From the NCBI RefSeq assembly GCF_021533835.1, contig NZ_JAKFYQ010000001.1, positions 1,896,427 through 1,928,426 on the forward strand: DNA of 32,000 bases, given 5' to 3'. The notes under the pieces are model-generated. The model was not told where the DNA came from. It made no database searches and saw only the letters and a program-made list of their open reading frames with translations. The DNA is from Synechococcus sp. Nb3U1. GTDB lineage: Bacteria; Cyanobacteriota; Cyanobacteriia; Thermostichales; Thermostichaceae. Both the position numbers and the translations under genes were made by a program. Shown here piece after piece: positions 18,344 through 26,794 of the stretch. Numbering within the stretch: the stretch's first letter is position 1; each line of letters begins with the position of its first letter.

Positions 18344-19774
18344 ATGTCCACAGGATATTTCTCTGTAAAAGAAGCGTCTGAAATGCTTGGCTATTCAGAA
18401 CAATACGTTCGCAGGCTGCTTAGGAGTGGTGAACTCAGCGGAGAATTGATCAGTAATAGATGGGTGATCACATCAGAATCGGCTAATGAATATCGCTATA
18501 AAGAGGATAAACCAGATTCTGTTGTTCCAGATCATGAGAGACGGTCTTCTGGCAAACCTATTTTGAAGGCGTTAAGCTTCTTTTCTGGCTGCATGGGACT
18601 TGATTTGGGGCTGGAAAAAGAAGGAATTGAAGTAATCCTTGCCTGCGAAGTAGATAAAGCCGCACGAAGGACAATCGAATCAAATAAACCTGATATTGCT
18701 CTGATTGGCGATATCAGAGACTATTCAGCTAGACAGATCAGAGAAAAGGCAGGATTAGCCCTTCAAGAAGATATTGATGTAATAGTTGGTGGTCCACCCT
18801 GCCAAGCCTTTAGTAGTGCTGGCAAGAGACAAGGTTTTAATGATGAGCGAGGAAATGTATTTCTAACCTTCATCGATTTGATTATTGAGTTGAAGCCCAA
18901 ATATGCTGTTATTGAAAATGTTAGGGGTTTATTATCCGCTCCTTTGAAGCATAGACCTCACAACATGAGAGGTGATAAAAATTTACCACTATCCCCAGAG
19001 GAAAAGAGAGGTGGAGCGTTACTTCACCTTACTCGTAAGCTGAAAGAAGCAGGCTACAGCTTTTCGTTCAATCTATATAATGCTGCAAACTTTGGTTCAC
19101 CTCAAAGTCGTGAAAGAGTAGTGATTATCTGTAGTCGAGATGGGAAAAAATTGCCTTATCTCACTCCTACGCACTCGGAAAATGGTTTATATGAACTGCC
19201 GAAATGGAGAACACTCAGGGAGGCTCTTCAAGGTTTGCCAACTGATGGGCACTGTTTTGTCAAATTTCCAGAGAAGCGCCTGAAATATTATCGGTTGCTA
19301 AAACCAGGGCAGTATTGGAGAGATTTGCCTACAGAATTACATGAAGAAGCATTAGGAGCCTCATATCATGCTAGTGGTGGAAAGACGGGTTTTTACAGGA
19401 GACTAGCTTGGGACAAGCCTTCTCCAACTTTGGTGACTCATCCAGCGATGCCAGCAACTGACTTAGCACATCCAGAAGAAGATAGACCACTTAGTATTCA
19501 AGAATATAAGCGGATACAAGAATTTCCAGATGACTGGATTATAGAAGGCAGTTTATTAGATCAATATCGACAAGTTGGCAACGCTATTCCATGCTCTCTA
19601 GGTAGGGCGATCGGTAGAATGCTAATTAGTCACTTAAACGGGGAAAGTATAAAAATATTTAACGACTTTCCCTACTCACGTTACAACAACACAGACGATG
19701 TAAGTTGGACAAAAGAAATTATTGGCTCCATAGATGAACCATCAGATAAGCAACTTTGTCTAGCTCTGATCTGA
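18344..19774 (+). CDS. DNA (cytosine-5) methyltransferase with an N-terminal HTH domain
   Basis: Motif I FSGCMGLDLG, motif IV GGPPCQAFSSAG, motif VI ENVRGL, motif VIII QSRERV, motif X QVGNAIP. The N-terminal YFSVKEASEMLGYSEQYVRRLLRSGEL is an excisionase/MerR-like HTH. The ATG at 18344 is preferred over the TTG at 18281. Confidence 0.9.
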   Translation: MSTGYFSVKEASEMLGYSEQYVRRLLRSGELSGELISNRWVITSESANEYRYKEDKPDSVVPDHERRSSGKPILKALSFFSGCMGLDLGLEKEGIEVILACEVDKAARRTIESNKPDIALIGDIRDYSARQIREKAGLALQEDIDVIVGGPPCQAFSSAGKRQGFNDERGNVFLTFIDLIIELKPKYAVIENVRGLLSAPLKHRPHNMRGDKNLPLSPEEKRGGALLHLTRKLKEAGYSFSFNLYNAANFGSPQSRERVVIICSRDGKKLPYLTPTHSENGLYELPKWRTLREALQGLPTDGHCFVKFPEKRLKYYRLLKPGQYWRDLPTELHEEALGASYHASGGKTGFYRRLAWDKPSPTLVTHPAMPATDLAHPEEDRPLSIQEYKRIQEFPDDWIIEGSLLDQYRQVGNAIPCSLGRAIGRMLISHLNGESIKIFNDFPYSRYNNTDDVSWTKEIIGSIDEPSDKQLCLALI

Positions 19775-20524
19775 TAAGTACTGCCAAGGATTTCCCACTT
19801 CCACAGGTAGAGCGTTTGGATTACGTTCTAAAGTTCTCTGAACGAACAAAATGAAATTTTCTTCAGAAAATTGATCAGTATCATATTTTTGATTAAAGTA
19901 TGCCCATTGAAATCTTCCAGTCTTTGCATCAACTCTGTACCATTTCTCAATTGGCTGATTGATACGAACTCTTTGATTGATACGAACTCTTGATGAAGAG
20001 CTATTCTCTGAATTGCTGCGGTTCTTTACTTGCAAGAGAGAACGATCCTTGTGGCAGAAATCAACATGACGTATTACTTCACCCCAGCAACAAAACCATC
20101 CGTAATTTGTTAACTGCTCGGCTAGGAATTCTTCAAGAAGCAATCCCTGAATATTTTCTGCTGACATAGACAACCTATGGGCGTATTTAATCTGCTCAAG
20201 ATGTTCGATCTCTAACCCAGTAAGTCTTGCTTTAATAATTGTTTCAACTATAGAATCCGCAATTGTCCCCGGTGGACTGGACACCCGCTGTGAAATTCTA
20301 CTCTCGAAAGCATTATGGTACTTTTTGAGCCACCTTTGGGCAAGGGCTATTTCTGAAGTGCCCTTTAAGCCTGGAGACAGCCCTGGATTTCTATAACAAG
20401 CTGAAAGAATAACCTCATGTGCTTCCAGAAATAATTCATCTATTTCTGAAAAGGCATCCTTAAAAACTTGCAAAAACTCGCTTTCAGAATTAGCAGTAGC
20501 GATAATGTTATCGAAAGTAACCAT
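19760..20524 (-). CDS. Putative type II restriction endonuclease (partner of the m5C MTase)
   Basis: Convergent with the MTase and overlapping it by 15 bp. A candidate PD-(D/E)xK core is ...HVDFCHKDRSLLQVKNRSNSENSSS. The family assignment is not verified. Confidence 0.55.
   Translation of the reverse strand: MVTFDNIIATANSESEFLQVFKDAFSEIDELFLEAHEVILSACYRNPGLSPGLKGTSEIALAQRWLKKYHNAFESRISQRVSSPPGTIADSIVETIIKARLTGLEIEHLEQIKYAHRLSMSAENIQGLLLEEFLAEQLTNYGWFCCWGEVIRHVDFCHKDRSLLQVKNRSNSENSSSSRVRINQRVRINQPIEKWYRVDAKTGRFQWAYFNQKYDTDQFSEENFILFVQRTLERNPNALPVEVGNPWQYLSDQS
19957..19992. repeat. 18 bp tandem duplication inside the endonuclease gene (in frame)
   Basis: GATTGATACGAACTCTTT / GATTGATACGAACTCTTG. 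It encodes RVRINQ RVRINQ. Confidence 0.9.
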
Positions 20525-20722
20525 GTGATCCGTGAAAGGGTAACTCTATTTTAGAGATGCCCACATTTCCTACACAAATGATTACTTAGTTCATCCAGTA
20601 AACTCTTAAACTTCAAGCGACACAATTCTTAACCGTCTGCCAAGTTCACTTACTCACAACGTTTTAACCGTTCATGCTGGGAAGTAGTCTAAACGGGTGT
20701 GCCCTACAAATAGCTGAAAGCC

Positions 20723-20848
20723 GTATAACGACCAAGCTCAGCGACCGCCGCCGGAAACGCCCGGTCAGCTGCAACCATCGCTGCCAAATTACCTGGACCG
20801 TCCGACTGCCCAGTGAAGCGGCGGTTCGCTGCAGCGCTCTGGTTAGGC
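20723..20848 (-). repeat. attC-2 (126 bp)
   Basis: GTATAAC...GTTAGGC. The arms CAGCGACCGCCGC / GCGGCGGTTCGCTG pair with an extra base. The first 27 nt after the leading G/GT are identical to attC-4. Confidence 0.75.
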
Positions 20849-20855
20849 CACAAGC

Positions 20856-21260
20856 TCACCGACGTGCTTCCACATACCGGGCAAAGCGGTCGAGGATCGC
20901 TTGCCAGCCCGCACGCTACTGCTCGACCGAATGGTCAGCGTCCGCTTCAAACGTCTCGCGCACCGTCACGCCGCTCGCGTTACTGACAAACTCGACGACG
21001 AGGCCACGATCCCCAAGCGAACACTTGATCAGTTCGTAGGGCACGACCTTCGTGTAGATGCCCTCGAAGTCGAAACCGAAACTGCCGTCTTTGGCCTCCA
21101 TGCGCGATGAGAACGCGCCACCAACTCGCAAATCCACCGTGGCGGCTGTGGTGTGCCAGTCATCGGATGCGGCGTTCCACTGCTTGATGTCCTCCGGCGT
21201 CGTCCATGCACGCCATACCTCCTCGATGGGCGCAGTGACCGTGGTCTCTACTGTGATCAT
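20856..21260 (-). pseudogene. SRPBCC / AHSA1-like (Activator of Hsp90 ATPase homologue 1-like) protein with an in-frame TAG
   Basis: MITVETTVTAPIEEVWRAWTTPEDIKQWN... TAG at 20916-20918, then the same frame continues RAGWQAILDRFARYVEARR to the TGA at 20856-20858. Confidence 0.85.
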
Positions 21261-21297
21261 GTGTGATGCTTCCTTGCTGGTTGTGGCGTGTGATGTG

Positions 21298-21384
21298 GCC
21301 TAACGTTCCCAATCAGCGGCTACGAACAACCTTTGCAACACCGCCAAGATCTCTCGGTAGTCCGCTCCAGCCGGGTTGTTATGC
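21298..21384 (-). repeat. attC-3 (87 bp)
   Basis: GCCTAACGTTCCCAATCAGCGGCTAC...GTAGTCCGCTCCAGCCGGGTTGTTATGC. The arms are imperfectly complementary. Confidence 0.8.
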
Positions 21385-21414
21385 TGCTGTTGCTTCTGCT
21401 ATTACCCATTCTTT

Positions 21415-21753
21415 TCAAGGGTTTATCAATTGTTGAAGGGAAGCTTCTAACGAAACAAGGTCTTCTTGAACCGTTTGCCAGATAATGGATAGATTCACTT
21501 GAAAATACTCGTGAATCACAATATTTCGCATTCCACGCACATCGTCCCAGGGAATTTCAGGATGTGAAGCTTCTACATCAGGTGGAATGCTACGAACTGC
21601 TTCACCAATAATTGCCAGGTTATATAAAACTGCTCTGATCGTTTTTCGGTCGTTCTGAAACTCCTCAAAGGTTATCTCGTTTGTGAACTCCTGGATCTCT
21701 GCAATCGCGGCTAGTACATCTCTTACTCTATTTTGCCAATCTCTAGAAGGCAC
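21415..21753 (-). CDS. hepT: HepT (DUF86) RNase toxin
   Basis: Rx4HxY motif RNIVIHEY. Overlaps the upstream nucleotidyltransferase gene by 11 bp. Confidence 0.9.
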   Translation of the reverse strand: MPSRDWQNRVRDVLAAIAEIQEFTNEITFEEFQNDRKTIRAVLYNLAIIGEAVRSIPPDVEASHPEIPWDDVRGMRNIVIHEYFQVNLSIIWQTVQEDLVSLEASLQQLINP

Positions 21754-22033
21754 GAATCGCCTCCCGGAAAACGGGTTCCCGTAGATAAGGTTTGAGGGAG
21801 TCAGGTGTACCCAGATCGACCGAACTCTCTAAAATCTCTTCCAAGTATCGTTTCAAGCGTACAAAGGTGAGCAACCCGACCGGACGGTCGAACTCTACCA
21901 GCAGATCAACATCGCTGTCTGTTCGCGCTTCATCTCTTGCTACTGAACCAAACAGCATCATAGACTTTACGCCAAAATCCTTCAGCGTGTTTTGGTGCTT
22001 TTCCAGTAATGTAAGGACTTCCTGTTTTTGCAC
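21743..22033 (-). CDS. mntA: MntA minimal nucleotidyltransferase antitoxin
   Basis: LFGSVARDEARTDSDVDLLVEF (GSxxRxxxxxxSDxD motif). Confidence 0.9.
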   Translation of the reverse strand: MQKQEVLTLLEKHQNTLKDFGVKSMMLFGSVARDEARTDSDVDLLVEFDRPVGLLTFVRLKRYLEEILESSVDLGTPDSLKPYLREPVFREAIRAF

Positions 22034-22183
22034 TACCTAACCTGCAATGAAGAGAAAAACCTATTGAGAATTGTAGCCCACCAGTCACTTCCTAATTACG
22101 TCTCAATAGAAGATTCGCAACTACTGGGACATCGCGTCCCACCAATAGCTTGCCGCTTACGCTCTCATCGACAACTAAAGGCG

Positions 22184-22275
22184 GCATAACGACCAAGCTC
22201 AGCGACCGCCGCAAATCACCTTTGAATCATAATCGATCAACTCTCGGCGGTCGGTGTGCATGGGCGTTGTTAGGT
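22184..22275 (-). repeat. attC-4 (92 bp)
   Basis: GCATAACGACCAAGCTCAGCGACCGCCGC...CGGCGGTCGGTG...GTTAGGT. The tauE-like ORF terminates inside it. Confidence 0.8.
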
Positions 22276-23105
22276 TGCTGGTACGCAGATGACTTCTTGA
22301 GACCCTGTAATAAGCTGTCACGATTTTGTATTAATACAAATGTGGCAACAGCTAGAAGAAAGTAACCAAAGCCTTTCTGAAGTTGTTTTGTGGAAACAAA
22401 TTGGGCAAGATAGGCTCCAATCACCGTTCCGCAGCCAGCCAAAAAAGTAAATGAAACCGTCAGCGTCCAGTCTAAAGAAACATGCCCTAAATAACCGAGC
22501 AAACCCGCAACAGAATTACAGGCAATAATCAACAGCGAAGTCCCGATCGCCTGTCGCATTGGGATATTGCCCAGCAGCACTAAAGCCGGAACGATCGCAA
22601 AGCCACCCCCAACACCGACCAACCCAGTCAAAACGCCCACAGCGATTCCTTCCGTCATCAGCCATAGCCAGCAATATTTACAGGCAGGTTTGATGTACTG
22701 GATCGATGCTAGCTCATCCTCATTGGACTCAGGCTTTGCCTTAATCGATCGATAAATCATCAAGCCAGCAGCGACCAACATTGAGAGTCCAAACAGAATC
22801 ATCTGGAAGGCACTTGTGATGAATGGAAGTGTAGCCATCCTGGCACCCAGATAAGCCCCCACCATGGTTGCCGAGCCAAAAATTGCCGCTACTTTAAGAT
22901 TCAGATTGCCGCGTCGTGCATGGGGAATGCTACCCAATAAGCTCACACTCCCAACAATAATTAAAGTCATGGCGATCGCGGGTTTCGGCGGGACTCCCAT
23001 GATATAAACCAGCACAGGCAGCGCTAACACCGAACCACCACCACCCAGCAAGCCAAGACTGATCCCAATGCAAACGGCAAAAAGATGCCCAAGAATCCAA
23101 GTCAT
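22227..23105 (-). CDS. TauE/SafE (DUF81) sulfite-exporter-family membrane protein
   Basis: 292 aa polytopic protein with duplicated GGGG-containing halves (LLGGGGSVLALP, LVGVGGGFAIVP). ATGA overlap with the rhodanese gene. Confidence 0.85.
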   Translation of the reverse strand: MTWILGHLFAVCIGISLGLLGGGGSVLALPVLVYIMGVPPKPAIAMTLIIVGSVSLLGSIPHARRGNLNLKVAAIFGSATMVGAYLGARMATLPFITSAFQMILFGLSMLVAAGLMIYRSIKAKPESNEDELASIQYIKPACKYCWLWLMTEGIAVGVLTGLVGVGGGFAIVPALVLLGNIPMRQAIGTSLLIIACNSVAGLLGYLGHVSLDWTLTVSFTFLAGCGTVIGAYLAQFVSTKQLQKGFGYFLLAVATFVLIQNRDSLLQGLKKSSAYQQPNNAHAHRPPRVDRL

Positions 23106-23647
23106 AGTTTATTACCAGATCGTTGGTTATAGGGTAACTTGGCGAGTAGCAATCCCATGGCGCAGGTGTTGGTAATTCCAGCAAACACCAGTCCAGGGCC
23201 AACAAAGCCGCTGAGAAGCAAGAAATTGGGGGATACTAGCACCCCTAAAACAGTTCCTAAAAACACCAAGGAACCAGCCACAATTTGCACCTGCCGAAAC
23301 AGGCTAATCGGGGCATTTTGACTTTTTTCAACACCGTAGCCTGCACTTTTCCAAGTGGAAATACCGCCATGCAGATGTATCACCGAGTCGAATCCTGCAG
23401 CTACACATTTTTGGGCCGCTTGGGTCGATCGATTGCCCGATTGACAGTAGAGCACTAGGGATTTGCCCTCAACCGAACGGAGTTGCTGTGGGTCGAACTG
23501 TGATAAAGGATGGAGCTTCGCGCCAGGAATCCGTTCAGTTGCATGTTCTGCTGATTCACGTACATCCACTAATGTAACGGCATGATCGTCGAGCCATTGC
23601 TTCAAAGTTTGAGCATCAATTGCTTGAATCCGAGTATTGTTCGTCAT
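23102..23647 (-). CDS. Rhodanese domain fused to a DUF2892 membrane anchor (YgaP-like sulfurtransferase)
   Basis: Active-site loop YCQSGNRS. The C-terminal hydrophobic hairpin ends ...ITNTCAMGLLLAKLP. Confidence 0.85.
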   Translation of the reverse strand: MTNNTRIQAIDAQTLKQWLDDHAVTLVDVRESAEHATERIPGAKLHPLSQFDPQQLRSVEGKSLVLYCQSGNRSTQAAQKCVAAGFDSVIHLHGGISTWKSAGYGVEKSQNAPISLFRQVQIVAGSLVFLGTVLGVLVSPNFLLLSGFVGPGLVFAGITNTCAMGLLLAKLPYNQRSGNKL

Positions 23648-23656
23648 GGTTATCCT

Positions 23657-24373
23657 TTAAATTGAGTAGGTGTTAGCAACGATTGCGAGTGTTTGCCCAC
23701 ATCGTTCATTGGCGGGCAATGCCTCCATCATTTTTTGTGGATCGGGCAGATTCAGTTCATTCATAAATTGCCGAAATTCATCGCGACTACGCCCTACAAA
23801 TCGCGGATTCCAGCGTTTTTCCTCGGCCACGGAAGAAACTGTCTGTCCGCGATAGTCATGGGCTGGATAAATCAATGTGGCCTCTGGCAAGGTGAATAAT
23901 CGTTGCGTGACTGAATCAAACAAGGTTTCAGCATTCCCGCTCTGAAAATCCGTGCGCCCACAGCCACGAATCAATAGCGCATCGCCCGTTAGCAAGTGCG
24001 TTCCACCAACAAGATAGGCCATGTGACTATCGGTATGTCCTGGTGTGGCGATCGCTTGCACTTCCACGCCACCAACATGCAGCATTTCACCGTCTTGAAT
24101 AAATCGATCGGCACATGCTACCGACGCTTGATTGGGCACCACACTCAAACATCCCGTCTGTGATCGCAGTTGGGCTGCGCCTGTAACATGATCGGCATGA
24201 ACATGGGTCTCTAAGCAGTAGCGCAGGGTTAAGCCCAATTCTTGCAGTAACTTGAGATCGCGCTCAACCTGCTCTAAGACTGGATCGACTAGGATGGCCT
24301 CGGCAGCCGCACGATCGGCAATCAGATACGTGTAGGTACTGCTTTCACGGTCAAAAAGTTGACGAAATAGCAT
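23657..24373 (-). CDS. MBL-fold persulfide dioxygenase (ETHE1 / Blh-like)
   Basis: HVHADHVTG, TPGHTDSHMAY, and GDALLIRGCGRTDFQSGN are ETHE1-type motifs. ATG at 24373. Confidence 0.85.
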   Translation of the reverse strand: MLFRQLFDRESSTYTYLIADRAAAEAILVDPVLEQVERDLKLLQELGLTLRYCLETHVHADHVTGAAQLRSQTGCLSVVPNQASVACADRFIQDGEMLHVGGVEVQAIATPGHTDSHMAYLVGGTHLLTGDALLIRGCGRTDFQSGNAETLFDSVTQRLFTLPEATLIYPAHDYRGQTVSSVAEEKRWNPRFVGRSRDEFRQFMNELNLPDPQKMMEALPANERCGQTLAIVANTYSI

Positions 24374-24433
24374 CACTATTTACCTTCTTTAAAAATCTAA
24401 CGGACAAATTCCATCTCTCACTCTTTAATCTCT

Positions 24434-25135
24434 TTAGGCAGCCTCAGCAATCTCAGTAATCTCAGCAGTCTCAGGCTCTAAAACTCTACTGTGAGGACTC
24501 GTAAACGTTAATAGCGCTTGCGTCTGCTGACAAGCAATCATCGTTTTGACGTGTTCCCCTTCGTCATCTCGGATATTGATAAACACGTCATAAAGGTTGT
24601 CTACTGTTGGGCGACGTGATTCAGACCGAATAGTGGTTTGAAATTCATCAAACATATAGAGGTCGCCATCTCGATAGTAGTTGATGGCAACCTGTGGCGC
24701 AGGTTGCGTTTTGAGGATTTCGCCATGCGTTTCTAAAAATACGGCATAGGTATGGTATGCATGTTCCTCAATTAGCTCTGCCATGTAATAAGCGGACTTG
24801 GGAAATAGCATATAAAGCGAAATGACGACCCAATAGTATGCCACTGCTAAATGTTGCGCCAAGAAGCGATCACCCCAAACATCATTACCTCCCAATGACT
24901 CCATAATCAGCAAGTGATGTAACTCATTCCAGGTTTCTGCAAAGTGAACCTTCAGAAGGTCTGCCTTGCGCCAAAAGCCGAGGGTTTCATAGAGATGAAG
25001 CACTGATAAATATGCAAAGTAGGGAATGCGAGCAATCGTTTCTAATACTTAGAAGCGCGGGTAGGGGCGATTTTGGTAAACCACATCTGTGATGAATACC
25101 AAGACGCTAACAAATGATCGAATCAAAAGTTTCAT
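24434..25135 (-). pseudogene. Plastoquinol terminal oxidase (PTOX / AOX di-iron family) with an in-frame TAA
   Basis: MKLLIRSF...NRPYPRF*VLETIARIPYFAYLSVLHLYE...ETWNELHHLL...ELIEEHAYH...RDDEGEHV. The TAA at 25049-25051 replaces the aromatic residue in front of the first iron-ligand motif (LET). Confidence 0.85.
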
Positions 25136-25233
25136 GGTCAATCTCCTAAAAGTTGTCAGCAAAACGGCGTAGAGATAGGATTACTCCTGATATTGGCAAA
25201 CCACGGATAAGGTAGTGTCCAATCCTCTTAGGC

Positions 25234-25357
25234 ACTTGAGATCGTGCTCAACCTGCTCTAAGACTGGATCTACTAGGATTGCATCAGCAGAAGCACGATC
25301 GGCAATCAGACACGTGTAGGTACTGCTTTCACGGTCAAAAAGTTGACGAAATAGCAT
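25234..25357 (-). pseudogene. Duplicated 5' fragment (about 41 codons) of the persulfide dioxygenase gene
   Basis: 25234-25363 is roughly 90% identical by eye to 24250-24379. It encodes MLFRQLFDRESSTYT... and then diverges. Confidence 0.75.
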
Positions 25358-25388
25358 CACTACTTGCCCCTCCTTGCGTTTATTGATG

Positions 25389-25408
25389 ATATTACTATAT
25401 AGTAGTAT
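25389..25408. promoter_or_regulatory. Palindromic candidate operator between the arsR-family gene and the blh fragment
   Basis: Perfect 12 bp palindrome TACTATATAGTA (25393-25404), extendable to ATAT-TACTATATAGTA-GTAT with one mismatch pair. Confidence 0.4.
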
Positions 25409-25454
25409 GATGAAAAAGACAAGTCTGAATTAAAATTTGCTTACTCCCGCCCTT

Positions 25455-25810
25455 ATGTCACAAATCCCAATTTCCGCGCTCACCCAAGTTGCCGACTATT
25501 TCAAGGTTCTATCAGAACTGAGTCGGCTGCAAGTATTGTGTGTTCTCAAGGACGGGGCAAAGAATGTGACTGAAATCATTGAAGAAACGAACCTAGGACA
25601 AGCCAACGTTTCCAAGCACTTGAAGATTTTGACCCAAGCAGGAATTGTGAAACGGCAGCCGCAGGGAGTCAGTGTTTACTATCAAATCACTATCAAATCA
25701 CCGACCCCATGATTTTTGATCTATGCGAACTAGTGTGTCAACGCCTCGAAATTCAATTGCAAGAACAGTCACAAGCGTTAAAAACCCTCGACGGGTTGCG
25801 TCAGCCCTAA
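25455..25810 (+). pseudogene. ArsR/SmtB-family (BigR/SqrR-like) regulator, frameshifted by an 11 bp tandem duplication
   Basis: ...FKVLSELSRLQVLCVLKDG...VSKHLKILTQAGIVKRQPQGVSVYYQIT. Removing one copy of TATCAAATCAC restores ...DPMIFDLCELVCQRLEIQLQEQSQALKTLDGLRQP* ending at 25810. Confidence 0.8.
25680..25701. repeat. 11 bp perfect tandem duplication (TATCAAATCAC x2)
   Basis: Read directly: 25680-25690 equals 25691-25701. Confidence 0.95.
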
Positions 25811-25893
25811 TTATTTCGATTTTATGTGAGGTGGACGTGCTGATTTCTATTGAGGGAGGGTTTGAAGCATTGTCCTCACCGATAACCTAAGCA

Positions 25894-26056
25894 ACCTAAC
25901 GGCTCGCGCTTCAGCCGCTCCGCTGCGCTTCGCGGCGCGGCTGGAAACGCTTTTTGGGCGGCACTGCAAAGCTACGCCTCCGAGAGCACTGTCACGACCG
26001 CAAAACCAACCTGCCGCGTAGTGGTAGTGCAATATCGCTGCAAGCGGTTGTTCGGC
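25894..26056 (-). repeat. attC-5 (long, GC-rich, 163 bp)
   Basis: ACCTAAC...GTTCGGC. The arms GCGCTTCAGCCGC / CGCTGCAAGCGG pair imperfectly, and there is an internal GC hairpin at about 25908-25952. The boundaries are supported by box complementarity with the neighbouring attCs. Confidence 0.55.
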
Positions 26057-26096
26057 AGCTACGCGGCGACCAAAACGATAGCCGATTAGAGATGCG

Positions 26097-26768
26097 CTAT
26101 TCGGAGCCGCTCGATAGTCTCCGGGTGGACCCATCAGGCCACGCAGCGATACAGACGCGGTTGCCCGCGCGGTCGGCGAGCCTCCAGTGCGAGGGCGCAT
26201 GAGAGTCGTCAACAATGCGTCCACCCGCTGCAAGCGCTGCTTGTAGTCGTACCATGGCCTGCTCACGCGCAACCGACACATCGATGTGCATCGCGTGCCG
26301 CAAGGGCTTGCTCTCGTTGAGCTCCTGCATCCAGACTGTCGATCCATGTCCAAGGGGGTCTACCGCATTGTCGTCAGCCGCCGGCACGTAGCCCAACACG
26401 GCGCGCCAGAAGTTGACATCTATCTCATCGCGCTTCGCCGCGATTGCAACCTGCACCTCCTGAACAGCGGCACGATCCGCAGGTACATTATGCTCCTGTG
26501 CAATAGCAGAGATGGCCCGCGCAAACTCAATGTGTCGCGGCTCGAGTTGCCAGATGTCGCGCGTCAGCCGAACAGTGAGACGGTCATTCGCTATCGTCAT
26601 CACGACCCCCGAATCCTCAAGACCGGTAATCCCTGCGATTGCTTCGGCTAACCGCACGGCTTCTCTCAGGGACCCGACACGAAAGACAGCCGTCGCTCCT
26701 CCGTGTAGAACGACTCAATCGTCTATGCCTTCAGCGGAAAGAAACTCTTGCCAACCTTGTTCACTCAT
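26097..26768 (-). pseudogene. Pterin-4a-carbinolamine-dehydratase-like plus glyoxalase/VOC-like domain protein with an in-frame TGA
   Basis: MSEQGWQEFLSAEGIDD*VVLHGGATAVFRV...; FWRAVLGY...DPLGHGSTVWMQ...MHIDVSV...WRLADRAGNRVCI. The TGA at 26715-26717 sits where Trp is expected. Confidence 0.8.
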
Positions 26769-26794
26769 GCTTATCGACTCCTGTCTCGCCAGCC

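Noticed and set aside
24395-24439. attC-like heptamers flanking PTOX (ATCTAAC at 24395-24401, TTTAGGC at 24433-24439 and CTTAGGC at 25227-25233), which would suggest PTOX is its own cassette.
   Set aside because: The 45 bp between the boxes has no complementary arms and one box lacks the leading G. The outer boxes of the whole 3.6 kb unit pair perfectly with each other instead. At best this is a decayed fused attC.
25847-26353. A 168 aa minus-strand ORF spanning attC-5 and the 3' end of the VOC gene.
   Set aside because: It is Arg/Ser/Pro-rich with no motif. It overlaps a recognisable gene in another frame and runs through a structured repeat.
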